Shown: positions 63,501 through 64,000 of the stretch, in pieces
How the letters are laid out: each line of letters starts with the position of its first letter
Position numbering within the stretch: the stretch's first letter is position 1
IMG/VR virus record: IMGVR_UViG_3300005239_000276
Direction: 5' to 3' (one strand)
Length of the DNA stretch: 64,000 bases
Source: an uncultured virus (IMG/VR IMGVR_UViG_3300005239_000276)
Taxonomy: Duplodnaviria; Heunggongvirae; Uroviricota; Caudoviricetes
Position numbers and translations under genes: made by a program
Notes under the pieces: generated by a model
The model's input: the letters and a program-made list of their open reading frames with translations, nothing else
The model's database searches: none
Told to the model about the DNA's origin: nothing

Positions 63501-64000
63501 TTCTAGGTAGATCTATAAAAGTAGATCCTACAGATATTTTTATAGGAGGATTATTTAATGGGTCATAAACAATTTCTTCCCCATTAAAAAAATTATGTTC
63601 CTCAAGAAACAAAATTTGATTTGTTGCTACATTAACTCCACCTCCAAGAGAAAGTTCATTAGAATTAAAAGAAACATCTCTGAATCTTTTAATTAATATA
63701 GGTTCAATTGATGCTCCTGAACCATTTCCACCAGTAATATCAACAGAAACTATTTGATCAATATTATAATTTTGAGAGTCAACGTATACTTTTTCGAAAC
63801 TACCACTTACAACAGGATTAATTTTTGCAGTGGATCCTAATCCTACAGAAACTTCAATTAACGGTGGATTTATCACATCATAATTTTCACCAGATGAGAG
63901 AATATTTACATCTTCAATTGGACCATAATAAATTATATCTTCAGACTTATAATTATTAATTTCAACACCGTTTATTAAAATTCCAGTTTTTCCAGGTAAA
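54530..64000 (-). CDS. Giant baseplate wedge protein (gp7-like), over 3100 aa, 5' end beyond the window; apparent single-base frameshift near 60665
   Basis: The two ORFs join as FCET-LLDSQQ by adding one T; YHYH-like IIGWSYDGNPIYG/GDLDEYNGR; DNNYYQNLSYSIKS...HISGLKNF; ends YSWG; upstream of gp8. Confidence 0.8.

Noticed and set aside
1..64000. tRNA genes, CRISPR arrays, integrase/transposase, reverse transcriptase, inteins in gp41/gp43/gp17/gp20
   Set aside because: None recognised by eye. Intergenic spaces are very short and core proteins are of normal length; tRNAscan and HMM searches were not run.

Overview
A 64-kb slice of a T4-like marine cyanomyovirus genome (Synechococcus/Prochlorococcus-phage type), with essentially all genes on the minus strand. 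Read in transcription order (right to left) it holds: a giant baseplate wedge gene (runs off the window), gp8, a VrlC-like virion protein, a fibre gene, neck gp13/gp14, gp15, terminase gp16/gp17 with inserted head-associated genes, gp18, gp19, portal gp20, a high-GC head-spike-like insert, a gap, gp22 (3' end), gp23, gp3, uvsY, uvsW, gp55, gp47, gp46, a vWA/peptidase plus CobS-like AAA pair, gp45, speD, gp44, purN, purS, dam, gp62, regA, gp43, uvsX and gp41. The assembly is a draft with three N-gaps and many single-base frameshifts in essential genes, which I treat as sequencing errors. Most notable observations: (1) accessory genes (a GIY-YIG-like nuclease, a small ORF, then purN) each start behind a repeated copy of the gp44 3' end, which regenerates RBS plus ATGA coupling; (2) an 88-aa segment with 42 Tyr, 19 Arg and no acidic residue inside the 2441-aa virion protein; (3) an N-terminally truncated gp41 helicase paralog coupled to the gp41 stop, missing from the ORF track; (4) a GC-rich head-spike/LRR adhesin-like module in the head cluster; (5) candidate capsid-targeted, protease-processed internal proteins between gp16 and gp17; (6) a near-consensus antisense sigma70 promoter upstream of gp55. 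All family assignments come from motif recognition and synteny, not database searches.
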